A DNA stretch of 64,000 bases, from positions 32,001 through 96,000 of the forward strand of contig JAVHQC010000032.1 of the NCBI GenBank assembly GCA_036170915.1. Direction: 5' to 3'. The notes under the pieces were generated by a model. It had not been told where the DNA came from. It made no database searches and saw nothing but the letters and a program-made list of their open reading frames with translations. The position numbers and the translations under genes are program-made. This stretch comes from Cyanobacteria bacterium auto_48_18. Its GTDB lineage: Bacteria; Cyanobacteriota; Vampirovibrionia; Obscuribacterales; Obscuribacteraceae. This document shows positions 31,084 through 39,458 of the stretch, piece by piece. Position 1 is the first letter of the stretch; every line of letters begins with the position of its first letter.

Positions 31084-31581
31084 TTAAATTTTGGCATTCG
31101 CTTCGGTAAAAATCCCTTTCAAAAGAGACAAGCTTTCTTCAATTGAGTCTAATTTATCGGCAGGCAATTGATCTATTATGCGGGCGATTTCGGCTTGAGC
31201 GATGGCGCGGGTTCCCTGCAAGTGGTTGACACCCTCTTCGCTCAGGCTGAGAATAACATTGCGACGACTGGCCGGATCGCTGTTTCTTAAAACCAGTCCA
31301 GCCTTAACAAGCTTTTCCACCATAATCGACGCGGTGGCATTGGCCACACCAATAGACTCTGCCAGACGGCTCAAGCTTGAGCCCGGACAATTATTGATGA
31401 ATGCCATAACGCGCAACTGTGGCAGTGACGCTGGAGTTTCTGCCTGGCGCAAAACATTGCTGCGCAGGTAATACATTATGTATGGAACGGTTTCCATGAG
31501 CCTGGTAGCTACAAGGTCAGACTTTGCTTTATCAGCCGCAAATTGCGCCTGTGCCCTTTCGGGACGTATTGCTGCTTTCAC
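31084..31581 (-). CDS. MarR-family transcriptional regulator
   Basis: SLPQLRVM...SLSRLAESIGVANATASIMVEKLVKAGLVLRNSDPASRRNVILSLSEEG winged helix; heads the efflux operon. Confidence 0.92.
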   Translation of the reverse strand: MKAAIRPERAQAQFAADKAKSDLVATRLMETVPYIMYYLRSNVLRQAETPASLPQLRVMAFINNCPGSSLSRLAESIGVANATASIMVEKLVKAGLVLRNSDPASRRNVILSLSEEGVNHLQGTRAIAQAEIARIIDQLPADKLDSIEESLSLLKGIFTEANAKI

Positions 31582-31602
31582 TCCACCCCTCCATATCTAT
31601 AT

Positions 31603-31631
31603 TTAGTATAGCTAACAATTAGATAGACTAA
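31603..31631. promoter_or_regulatory. Tandem TTAG-N5-CTAA palindromes, probable MarR operator
   Basis: TTAGtatagCTAA (31603-31615) and TTAGatagaCTAA (31619-31631) in the divergent intergenic region directly upstream of the MarR gene. Confidence 0.65.
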
Positions 31632-31702
31632 GTGAGTATTAATTGGTTCCAGCTCTTCGGTGGGCCAATCGAGTAAAATTACACAGCTAAGAGGAATCAG
31701 AA

Positions 31703-32677
31703 GTGCACTCTGCACATCGTTTGCTGCCAGTTTTGGGCATTCTCTGTATCACCAGCCTGCCTTGGCTGATAGAAACGCCGGCTCTGGCCAGCGGTGATAT
31801 TTTGCCGGCTTTAAAGCCTTCCATTACCCCCAGGCGCTCAAATGCAGCCCCCGCCACTCAACCTGCGCTCACGGCTGAGGGCCTTTCTGCTGAAGCGCGG
31901 AAGCTGGCGCAAGAATTGGGCATCGATGAAAAATTAGCCAGACTGAAGGCCATCCAGTCAGTTCAAAACGACAGCAGTCTGTTGCGCGCTTTGCTGCTCA
32001 AACAATCGCTGACCGAAATCATTGTTTCTGAGAGTTTTGAGGTGCGCAGCTGCCTGAGCAATCTCGAAACAGAAATTGCCCAGGCCGATGATTTGCAAGC
32101 CTTTTTAGAAGAGCGTCGCGACAAGGCTATTCGCCTCAACACCATTGCCAACTTTCTTTCTGGTGGCATAACCGGTATCGTTGGTGGTGGTCTCAAACTT
32201 GGTGGCGCCAACGAGCAAAGCGCCAACGGCATTGATACAGGTGAAGGCATTACTCAGACAACTCTGGCACTGTGGGCCCTTAAGCAGCAGGCGGGTGAGA
32301 AAAAAATTGTCGAAGGAACACCCAACATGTTGGCGAAATTGTTCGATAAAGACGCCGCGCATACAGAGCGCGATTACCCACCTACGGTCTGGCACTACCT
32401 CAATAGCGTGCCTGAGAACAGTCAAACCGGATTGACCAGGCAGCAAGAGCTGCTCAAGCGCTGGTACAAGCTCAAAGTAATCAGCAATAAAAAACAAAAC
32501 GTCAGCAACAAAGAAGTTGTAGGCCACATTACAGGCACCCACCCGCAGACTATCGTTAGCATTGACTTGCTAGACGCCCGCTCGGCTATGCTGCACGACG
32601 TCAGAGCTCTGGTTTCTGAAATGGACCACCCCCTGCTGGAGCTGATGCAGGCCGTCAAACTTACCAGACTGGAATAA
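31703..32677 (+). CDS. Secreted alpha-helical hypothetical protein with a Gly-rich hydrophobic hairpin
   Basis: Signal peptide ending PALA; GAGGA RBS; NFLSGGITGIVGGGLKLGG segment; divergent from the RND operon. Confidence 0.8.
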   Translation: MHSAHRLLPVLGILCITSLPWLIETPALASGDILPALKPSITPRRSNAAPATQPALTAEGLSAEARKLAQELGIDEKLARLKAIQSVQNDSSLLRALLLKQSLTEIIVSESFEVRSCLSNLETEIAQADDLQAFLEERRDKAIRLNTIANFLSGGITGIVGGGLKLGGANEQSANGIDTGEGITQTTLALWALKQQAGEKKIVEGTPNMLAKLFDKDAAHTERDYPPTVWHYLNSVPENSQTGLTRQQELLKRWYKLKVISNKKQNVSNKEVVGHITGTHPQTIVSIDLLDARSAMLHDVRALVSEMDHPLLELMQAVKLTRLE

Positions 32678-32735
32678 CGGGTTCAAATAGATAGCGCCGC
32701 CGCCTTCTGGTGCGGGGTGTCAAATTTTGATTATT

Positions 32736-32789
32736 CCGCCATATAACACTGTAATTACGCCGTAATTACATTGTTATATGGCGGTTTTT
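32736..32789 (+). terminator. Long palindrome with T-tail (terminator-like)
   Basis: 24-bp arms 32736-32759 and 32761-32784 with one mismatch, followed by TTTTT. Confidence 0.55.
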
Positions 32790-32970
32790 CGCAAAAAAAA
32801 CAATTCGCTCTAGCCGGGGGCCCACCTGTGCATAACTCTATATACGAATGGATATATCAAAGGTGAGCTGATGGTTCACGAGCTTGGCTACCGCCTTAAA
32901 TATAAAGAACAGCCCTGAAGTGCAACCTTGAAATTGTCAGCAGATATGCAAAGTATTTTCAACGGGGGAC

Positions 32971-32998
32971 TTCTCAGCGCCGGCAGTTTCGCTATAAT
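32971..32998 (+). promoter_or_regulatory. Putative sigma70-type promoter
   Basis: Perfect TATAAT at 32993-32998; TTCTCA (4/6 match to the -35 consensus) 16 bp upstream. Confidence 0.5.
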
Positions 32999-33004
32999 TA
33001 CATG

Positions 33005-33215
33005 CATAAACGGTGAGCACTCACCAATCAATAAGTTGAGTGCTTTGAGCCGAGGGGTTAAGTGGAAACACCAGGTCTGCGCAGACCAGAAACTGTAGCG
33101 ATAACCCGCTTACTGTGGATTCTGACTTGAAGCAGTGAGAAATATCGAGTCTACGCAATAGACTGTCAGACGATAGTAAAAAGACCACCGCAGATTTATC
33201 TGGGTGGTCTTTTTA
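33005..33215 (+). ncRNA. Candidate structured ncRNA or riboswitch-like leader (family not recognised)
   Basis: At least seven nested helices between a TATAAT box and an intrinsic terminator; no ORF of 60 aa or more in the track (details under findings). Confidence 0.55.
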
Positions 33216-33219
33216 TTTT
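33178..33219 (+). terminator. Intrinsic terminator about 40 nt upstream of the flavin reductase start
   Basis: AAAAAGACCACC-g-CAGAT-TT-ATCTG-GGTGGTCTTTTT followed by ATTTT. Confidence 0.8.
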
Positions 33220-33254
33220 GCAAATTTGGATTTTAAGTAAGCAAGAAAGTATAT

Positions 33255-33872
33255 ATGTTCATCAATTGTAGCGAAACAAAAACCGATCAACTTTATCGCC
33301 TCTTAATTGGATCTGTGGTGCCACGGCCCATAGCCTGGGTTTCAAGCGTCAATGACGACGGCATCAACAACCTGGCACCATTTTCTTTTTTCAATATCTT
33401 TAGCGTTAGACCACCACTGCTTGGTTTTGCCCCTGGCTACAAAAGACCGGCAGCAGGCTCGTCTCTGCCAGTGGCAAAAGACACTTTAGTAAACGTGCGC
33501 GCCAGCGGAGAATTTGTCGTCAATGTTGTCAGCCAATCACTGGTTGAACAAATGAATCAATCGAGCGGCGAATTTGCAGCAGATGTGAGCGAATTTGCAG
33601 TGACAGGATTGACACCACAGGCCAGCACTATGGTTAGGCCGCCACGCATTGCCGAAGCTCTCATTGCTATGGAATGCAAGGTTTTTCATATACATGAACT
33701 CGGTGGCTCAGCTCTGGTACTGGGCGAAATTCTTTGTTTGCATTATGCCGATGGTGTGATTGGAACGGACGGCTTAGTTGATCTCGACGTGCTGCAGCCA
33801 ATCGGAAGATTGGGCGGCATATCTTATAGCACTGTGAAAGATCGATTTGATATCGAGCGACCTGAAATCTAG
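33255..33872 (+). CDS. Flavin reductase-like (FMN-binding split barrel) protein
   Basis: YRLLIGSVVPRPIAWVSS, NLAPFSFF, KDTLVNVRASGEFVVN and IGRLGG motifs. Confidence 0.93.
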   Translation: MFINCSETKTDQLYRLLIGSVVPRPIAWVSSVNDDGINNLAPFSFFNIFSVRPPLLGFAPGYKRPAAGSSLPVAKDTLVNVRASGEFVVNVVSQSLVEQMNQSSGEFAADVSEFAVTGLTPQASTMVRPPRIAEALIAMECKVFHIHELGGSALVLGEILCLHYADGVIGTDGLVDLDVLQPIGRLGGISYSTVKDRFDIERPEI

Positions 33873-33879
33873 ATTCGTC

Positions 33880-35319
33880 TTAAACAGTCTCAGCCTCAAT
33901 GCGGCCTTCTTTAATAGCCTGCAGAAGCTTACCGTGATCAAGCCGGTTCTGCTCTCTGTAAGAATCGGCAAACTCAGCGATGGCACTGGGCAAGACATTG
34001 CCCTTGCCAATATAGCCAGCAATCACAGCTGGATCGCCAGAACGAGCATGAGCCCGAGCCAGAGCCCAACCACAGTTGCGGGCGAAGCCAAGCATATTCT
34101 GTGGACTGAAAATCTCAATCATTGGCTTAACTTTGACATCTCGCAGTTGCCTGACATAAAAATGCTTGCCCTTCTCACTAATGTAGTGACCAAGAAAGAC
34201 ATCGGTGGCAGCTTGCATTAAGCGCTGACCAGTGACAACCCGTTCGCCATTACACTCATGATTGATGAAATGCGAATAGGGCTCAAGCACTGACTTGCGA
34301 GCCTCCTTAACCTGCAAGAAGAGCGGATCATTTTCTGCAGCAAAAAACAAAGCAATACCACAGACGGTGCCAACGCTACCTACTCCGACTACTTTTAATG
34401 CGTTATCTACAAACTCATAGCGATCAAATAATATGCGCCGCTCAACACTGAGAGACTCGCGGTACATCTTAACTGCTTGCATCATGCGCTCTTTGTATAG
34501 CGGATTATCGCTGTTTTCTTCATGAAAAATAAGCGGTGGTTGGTCTTTAATACGGGGAGTGCCTCCAACTACAGTAGCTAATTTGACGAAATCTTCGGCA
34601 TGATCGCGGTCCAATGCCTTCTTCAATACCTTCTTGCGCCTTTTCTTCAGCACTTTATCATCGGTAAGCTCAATCAATTCCTCATAATCAAGATACGAAT
34701 ACCAGGAATCCAGACAGGTCATTTTGGAAAGCTCGTACATGCGGTCGCGATAGCATTCCACCACCCGGGCTGCTGCTGCCATACCCTCTGAACGCTTGTG
34801 GCCATTGTGGGCCGAGGCTATGGCAAAGCTGGCCGCGAGTCTTTTTAAATCCCACTCCCACGAGCAAGGGAAAGTTTCATCGAAATCATTAATATCAAAA
34901 ATAATGTTGCGCTCTGGTGTGGCAAAGGCACCAAAGTTGGCGAGGTGGCAGTCACCGCAAGATTGCACGGCATAATCGGTGGCCCTAGTGACGGACAAAT
35001 CAGCGGCCATGATTACCGCTGCACCACGATAGAAAGCGAAAGGCGAAGCCACCATACGACCATAGCGCAGGGGCAAAAGACTTTCAATGCGCTCGTGACT
35101 GGAAGCGATTAATAAATCCATGGGGTCTTCGCGACCCTGTCGGTCAATAACAAACTCAGAGTGGGCTTCACGGGAGCATTTAACCCTGAGAGCCTGACCA
35201 AACTCATAGCGCTCTTTGGTGGTCTGCAAGTGCATAGGCTTGGTTAAATATTCAGCCTCAATAGCCGGCTGTTTGGCTTGCATGACAGGGTGCGGAAGAC
35301 TTTTTGGATTTTTTTTCAT
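33880..35319 (-). CDS. DUF2252 family protein
   Basis: LRYGRMVASPFAFYRGAA, CGDCHLANFG, FDINDFDE, WEWDLKRLAAS, KVVGVGSVGT and LARAHARSGD motifs. Confidence 0.92.
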   Translation of the reverse strand: MKKNPKSLPHPVMQAKQPAIEAEYLTKPMHLQTTKERYEFGQALRVKCSREAHSEFVIDRQGREDPMDLLIASSHERIESLLPLRYGRMVASPFAFYRGAAVIMAADLSVTRATDYAVQSCGDCHLANFGAFATPERNIIFDINDFDETFPCSWEWDLKRLAASFAIASAHNGHKRSEGMAAAARVVECYRDRMYELSKMTCLDSWYSYLDYEELIELTDDKVLKKRRKKVLKKALDRDHAEDFVKLATVVGGTPRIKDQPPLIFHEENSDNPLYKERMMQAVKMYRESLSVERRILFDRYEFVDNALKVVGVGSVGTVCGIALFFAAENDPLFLQVKEARKSVLEPYSHFINHECNGERVVTGQRLMQAATDVFLGHYISEKGKHFYVRQLRDVKVKPMIEIFSPQNMLGFARNCGWALARAHARSGDPAVIAGYIGKGNVLPSAIAEFADSYREQNRLDHGKLLQAIKEGRIEAETV

Positions 35320-35365
35320 TGATAATTATGGGTTCTGGAATTCGAAGCGATCACGTTTGACTGTT

Positions 35366-36175
35366 CTAGCGGCTTCTCAATGTATTCGCGCTGCCTGCAT
35401 TGGCAACGCTCGGATTCGAAGTGCGAATCCACTTCACATCGTTAGCACTTCCATTTACTTGAACATGGCGTACGGTATCGCAGGTGATGTCATTTCCACT
35501 ACCGTTTAAAATCAGAGCGTTGATTGGACCGGTAAATTTGATATTACAAGAACTCGCGTTAAGAACTACATTGCCACCATTGCATGCAACGGTTCCGTCA
35601 AAGTTACTGTTATCGAGGACAATATCAGCGCCTACGCCGATAGCATCCATTTTTACAGCGGTTCGTGGACCGTTAACTTCAATTGAAGGCCTCTCTTCAG
35701 AGACATGTACAGATTTGACGACTACTGTTTTATCTGTAGATTCGCTCGTGTCAAGGATGTTTGCTAGCTTCGAAACGCGTAGACTGATTGATCCGGTTCC
35801 CACCGCTCCAATAGTATCTAACTCAAGTTTTTCGACTCTGGTAATAAGTGGAATACTCTGATTCTCTTTACCATACGCTTGTTTTTCCAGCTTGGCTACA
35901 CGCTGAGGCAGCGAAAGTCCACTCACCGAATTGGTTCTAACCCGCGTTGAGACAGTGCCATTTTTCTTCGAAGAACGAACATTGACGGCTTGATGTGGCT
36001 TTCTAACAGAAATTCCGCCCGAGTTGATCTTTACGGTCTCTCCGCCGTGCCTGACATTTATGCCATCACCGCCTATAGTCACCGTGCCTTCGTCTGTTTG
36101 AATATTGAATTGGGCTTGTGAAGCTTGAGCCGATGTCATCATGGCCAGAACCAAAAGCAACTGGTAACTCCTCAT
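35366..36175 (-). CDS. Secreted protein with C-terminal beta-repeat (DUF3060-like) region
   Basis: ATG 36175 after GGAGG; signal peptide; repeated LNGSGNDI/VNGSANDV units; central RVAKLE...RVEKLE motif. Confidence 0.7.
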   Translation of the reverse strand: MRSYQLLLVLAMMTSAQASQAQFNIQTDEGTVTIGGDGINVRHGGETVKINSGGISVRKPHQAVNVRSSKKNGTVSTRVRTNSVSGLSLPQRVAKLEKQAYGKENQSIPLITRVEKLELDTIGAVGTGSISLRVSKLANILDTSESTDKTVVVKSVHVSEERPSIEVNGPRTAVKMDAIGVGADIVLDNSNFDGTVACNGGNVVLNASSCNIKFTGPINALILNGSGNDITCDTVRHVQVNGSANDVKWIRTSNPSVANAGSANTLRSR

Positions 36176-36330
36176 ACGCACCTCCAGCAAATATCCGTTT
36201 CCGAACCTGCATATGATAGCATCGCCTCGGACCTTAGATTCAGCGAACGGCTCAGCGCTGCCACGTATCCTTGCCGACCTCCTTGTAATTCCCAGTGATG
36301 GTGGCATCGAGCGCAAAACACAAGAACTAA

Positions 36331-36888
36331 TTAACTAGCCTGCCGCAAATCTTCGAAAACTTCAGTGGCCGACTCCGCACCGCTGTTTTGAATAGCTAAA
36401 GCAAATATCGACATCTCGCGGCTCTCTGAAACCAGGTCAACTTTTCCGTAGCGCATCAGGTCTGATAGCGCCTGTAAAAACATAATCCGCGATTCTTCTT
36501 CGTTCTCATCACTACAATCGGAGCCACCGAGTGCAAACTTTCTAAATTGCACAAATTCGCCTTGTGGGCTGTGAATCTTATAAATACGCCCTTCTAGTTT
36601 TAACTGTTTCAGCAGAGCATCTTTGGCTCCTGCCAGAGTTGAAATCTGAATCGGCTGCTTCAGCTCAAATAGATCCAAGTACTCATTAGTTAGCACAAGC
36701 TCGGTAGCGCCCTCTTCTACAAGTGCATCGAGGGCACGCAAATAAAGCACTCTTGTCTCTTCAGGATGGTCGAAGGCATGTTTGCACTTCACAAATTCAG
36801 TCCCATCAACCTTCACTTTGCTAATCGTGTTCATAGTATTCGATGCTTCACGCAGCAAAGCTATTTTTGTTTGTTCTAGTTGATTCAT
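36331..36888 (-). CDS. Hypothetical protein with an internal two-domain duplication
   Basis: GAGGT RBS; two similar halves (EFVK...EETRVLYLRALDALVEEG and EFVQ...EESRIMFLQALSDLMRYG). Confidence 0.7.
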   Translation of the reverse strand: MNQLEQTKIALLREASNTMNTISKVKVDGTEFVKCKHAFDHPEETRVLYLRALDALVEEGATELVLTNEYLDLFELKQPIQISTLAGAKDALLKQLKLEGRIYKIHSPQGEFVQFRKFALGGSDCSDENEEESRIMFLQALSDLMRYGKVDLVSESREMSIFALAIQNSGAESATEVFEDLRQAS

Positions 36889-37013
36889 AGCCAGCTACCT
36901 CGAGAAACAGCCTTTCAGATAGTCATGACATCTAAAATCGGCTTGAGTTCCATATATTTGACCGGCGAAGTTAAATAGTGCATTCCCGCGGCCTGTCTAC
37001 CGGTACCAATATT

Positions 37014-37295
37014 TCAACAGGAGCGATCAATATCTGGACGCGGACCCGAGTAGCTACAAGCGTTGCATTTCACCGTGTTTTCGAAAACGGTCCAGTCGCA
37101 TGCAGAGATACACGTTCTCGACGACCGACGCTTTTCTTCTATTTCAAAAGGCTCTTCGATTACTGTTCGAAAAATTTGTTCGCAGAACGAACATCTCATC
37201 ACCTGGACGTTGCCCTCAACACCGAGCACTGGTCCGTAATGCTTGCTGCCGCACAATTTTAATTCGAAATCATCCATAAGGTCCACAGGGTCCAT
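37014..37295 (-). CDS. Small Cys-rich putative metal-binding protein
   Basis: 93 aa with CGSKH, CSFC, CISAC and CNAC motifs. Confidence 0.45.
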   Translation of the reverse strand: MDPVDLMDDFELKLCGSKHYGPVLGVEGNVQVMRCSFCEQIFRTVIEEPFEIEEKRRSSRTCISACDWTVFENTVKCNACSYSGPRPDIDRSC

Positions 37296-37460
37296 AGGTA
37301 GGCTTGGATTGTCTCAAGCACAGTTAAAAATTAATTGTATTGGGATAGAGTGGCGAAAGCGATGCTCCGCCGAGTACATCAAGTTTAACAAGGAAGACAG
37401 GGCGGGTAAATATCTCTGGAAAGAGTTGCTGAGCGAAACGACCATTAGGCAAAGAATCCA

Positions 37461-38159
37461 GTGAATATTTTCGGCGAACTATTCGACAAAGGCAAGCAAT
37501 CACCGCCCATCAGCTGGGTCAAGTTTGACAATGGCGACTTCCAACTATTGGTGGATGAGCCTTCTAAGATATTCTGGAAAAACCCGTCCGGAATAGTTCA
37601 ATTGATACAGTATGAGGGTAGAGCCGACTGGCTCTTTGACCTGGACGATATGGACGCCGCGCGTCTTTTTTACGGCGATCAATGTATTTCGTTCGGTGGC
37701 GTCATGCTCTGTCTCGACAAAACAACAATATCCGGTGTCGACATTTTGCACGGCATATTTAAATATCGTGCCGTTGATATGGGCATGGCGATGCATTTTA
37801 TCGGCATTATCTGGATTCCATTTGAGGACCGTATCTGGCAGCTGAATATCGAGTCAATTGAGCATGGCACGACTGGTCTGCGTGAGGCGCTAGTCTTCAA
37901 CATGCATCCTGAGCTTGAGCGAGAGGTCAGGCAAATACCTGAAGAAATAAGCAGCAAATTCACGTGCCAGGAAGATGTTCACGCTTATATCAAAGCTCAG
38001 CCGCTTCATGTTCTGGCCTCTGATGAAGAGCGTTTTGACAGTATCGTGGAGGTGCATCCGCTGACACTTGTGCGCAGACGTCTGCGCCGAGTGCTTGAGA
38101 CAATGGAGTTTGCGCCCGAAGTGCCGCAGCTAAAAAAATTCAAAGTACAGAATATGTGA
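37461..38159 (+). CDS. Hypothetical protein
   Basis: 232-aa ORF with EHGTTGLREA and ASDEERFD...HPLTLVRR motifs, which I recall from an uncharacterised family. Confidence 0.7.
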   Translation: MNIFGELFDKGKQSPPISWVKFDNGDFQLLVDEPSKIFWKNPSGIVQLIQYEGRADWLFDLDDMDAARLFYGDQCISFGGVMLCLDKTTISGVDILHGIFKYRAVDMGMAMHFIGIIWIPFEDRIWQLNIESIEHGTTGLREALVFNMHPELEREVRQIPEEISSKFTCQEDVHAYIKAQPLHVLASDEERFDSIVEVHPLTLVRRRLRRVLETMEFAPEVPQLKKFKVQNM

Positions 38160-38469
38160 CGACAATTATCAGCTTCGGTTTGACCAGAACACCACATCTG
38201 GTGCCAGTAACCTAGTATTCTCCCCGACAACATTCCGCGCCTACTCCGTCTGCTTCGTCAGTCAAAAGTCACAGCAATGCTGATCCCGATATTTATTCCG
38301 ACATTGGCCGGGATTTCGAAGGCAAAACGCATTGACCAACCAGGGCTCTCAGGAAGTTGTTGAACAGCGCGAATGCCCTACAACTATTTATCCGCTCAGT
38401 CATTTATAATTGAATTTCGCTGCTCTCCTTGTAGCCAAAGCAAATGCAATACTCTGACGAATTTTCTGA

Positions 38470-39414
38470 ATGAATGTTTGGCGGTACAATTTAAGAGTAT
38501 TAGGACCATCGAGTATGTGGCTGGCATTGCTGCTCTTCATTATGAGTTGCGCGGGTTCACACGGTGCTCATTGCAGCGAAGAAGCAAAAACTAAGCCTTC
38601 CCCTGATTCGACAGTGCTCACGGATGTTCTGGTATTCCACCAGGATTCCGGTGCCTTAGGAAAGACCGCTCTTTTCTTAGGCAAAGATGGCGGTCGATTT
38701 GAAATTCACAATGGCAACATCATAGCCAGTTGCTGCGCGCCAAAATGGGATATCTTCTATTATTCAAAGTCGAAAAAAATGGCGTACGTCAAGTCGACGG
38801 TAAACCTAAGAGGAGACAGGCTCCAATTCTTCGATACTCCGATCGAGTTGAGTGTTGGAAAGGTTTCAAGAAAAAAGAATCCAACCCTTCATCTGGATTA
38901 CAGAGAATTTTTTGTGGATGGATCAAAGATAGCAAATCCAGTGAGCGACCCGGTCTTCTTCCAACAGCGTTCTCGCCGCGTTGTTAGAGATGTAATTTAT
39001 GAAGTTGCTGATATTGGCCAAATCAAGCCGGAATTGCAAAATTTCATCTGGTTTGTATTCGGTCATCGAAACTTGCCTGGAGTTCCGCTAGACCTGAAGA
39101 TAAGCTTCACCAACAGCAAAATCGATAATTCCTTGAGCACACTTTCTGTGGAGAAAGTGCGCAAGGCGAACTCATTTTTCGCGCCCCCTAAAGATTTTGG
39201 TAGAACCAATGATAAAAAAGAAATTTCATACTCTGACGACTATAAGTCCACAATTGATGACCTTTTTAGTACGTCGGCACCGCTTAAAATAGTTAGAGAT
39301 TTACAGCTTACAGTGGGGCTAATTTCGAGATCTAGATGCAGTAGCATACGCTTGGGATGCCCCTGCTGCAGCGCCATAGCCGGCATGTGCCAATATCTCG
39401 AGCGAAAGATTTGA
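38470..39414 (+). CDS. Secreted hypothetical protein
   Basis: Hydrophobic signal-like N-terminus; beta-rich body ending SFFAPPKDF; C-terminal tail looks uncertain. Confidence 0.6.
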   Translation: MNVWRYNLRVLGPSSMWLALLLFIMSCAGSHGAHCSEEAKTKPSPDSTVLTDVLVFHQDSGALGKTALFLGKDGGRFEIHNGNIIASCCAPKWDIFYYSKSKKMAYVKSTVNLRGDRLQFFDTPIELSVGKVSRKKNPTLHLDYREFFVDGSKIANPVSDPVFFQQRSRRVVRDVIYEVADIGQIKPELQNFIWFVFGHRNLPGVPLDLKISFTNSKIDNSLSTLSVEKVRKANSFFAPPKDFGRTNDKKEISYSDDYKSTIDDLFSTSAPLKIVRDLQLTVGLISRSRCSSIRLGCPCCSAIAGMCQYLERKI

Positions 39415-39458
39415 TCAAAAGCTAACATTGAAAACGAGGGCTTCATAAGGGGCAAATT

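Noticed and set aside
33005..33215. FMN, cobalamin, T-box, 6S, Yfr2 or raiA-motif RNA
   Set aside because: Only short fragments resemble them (AACTGTA, GGTGG, GGAAACA, GTAGCGA). The diagnostic cores, such as AGGGTGAAATTCCCGACCG for FMN or AGGGAA...GCCACTG for B12, are missing.
36176..36316. N-terminal ORF-track extensions (here, and at 2124, 5119, 8625, 11825, 53128 and 57063)
   Set aside because: Downstream starts have better RBS or signal-peptide context, or avoid long overlaps with neighbouring genes.
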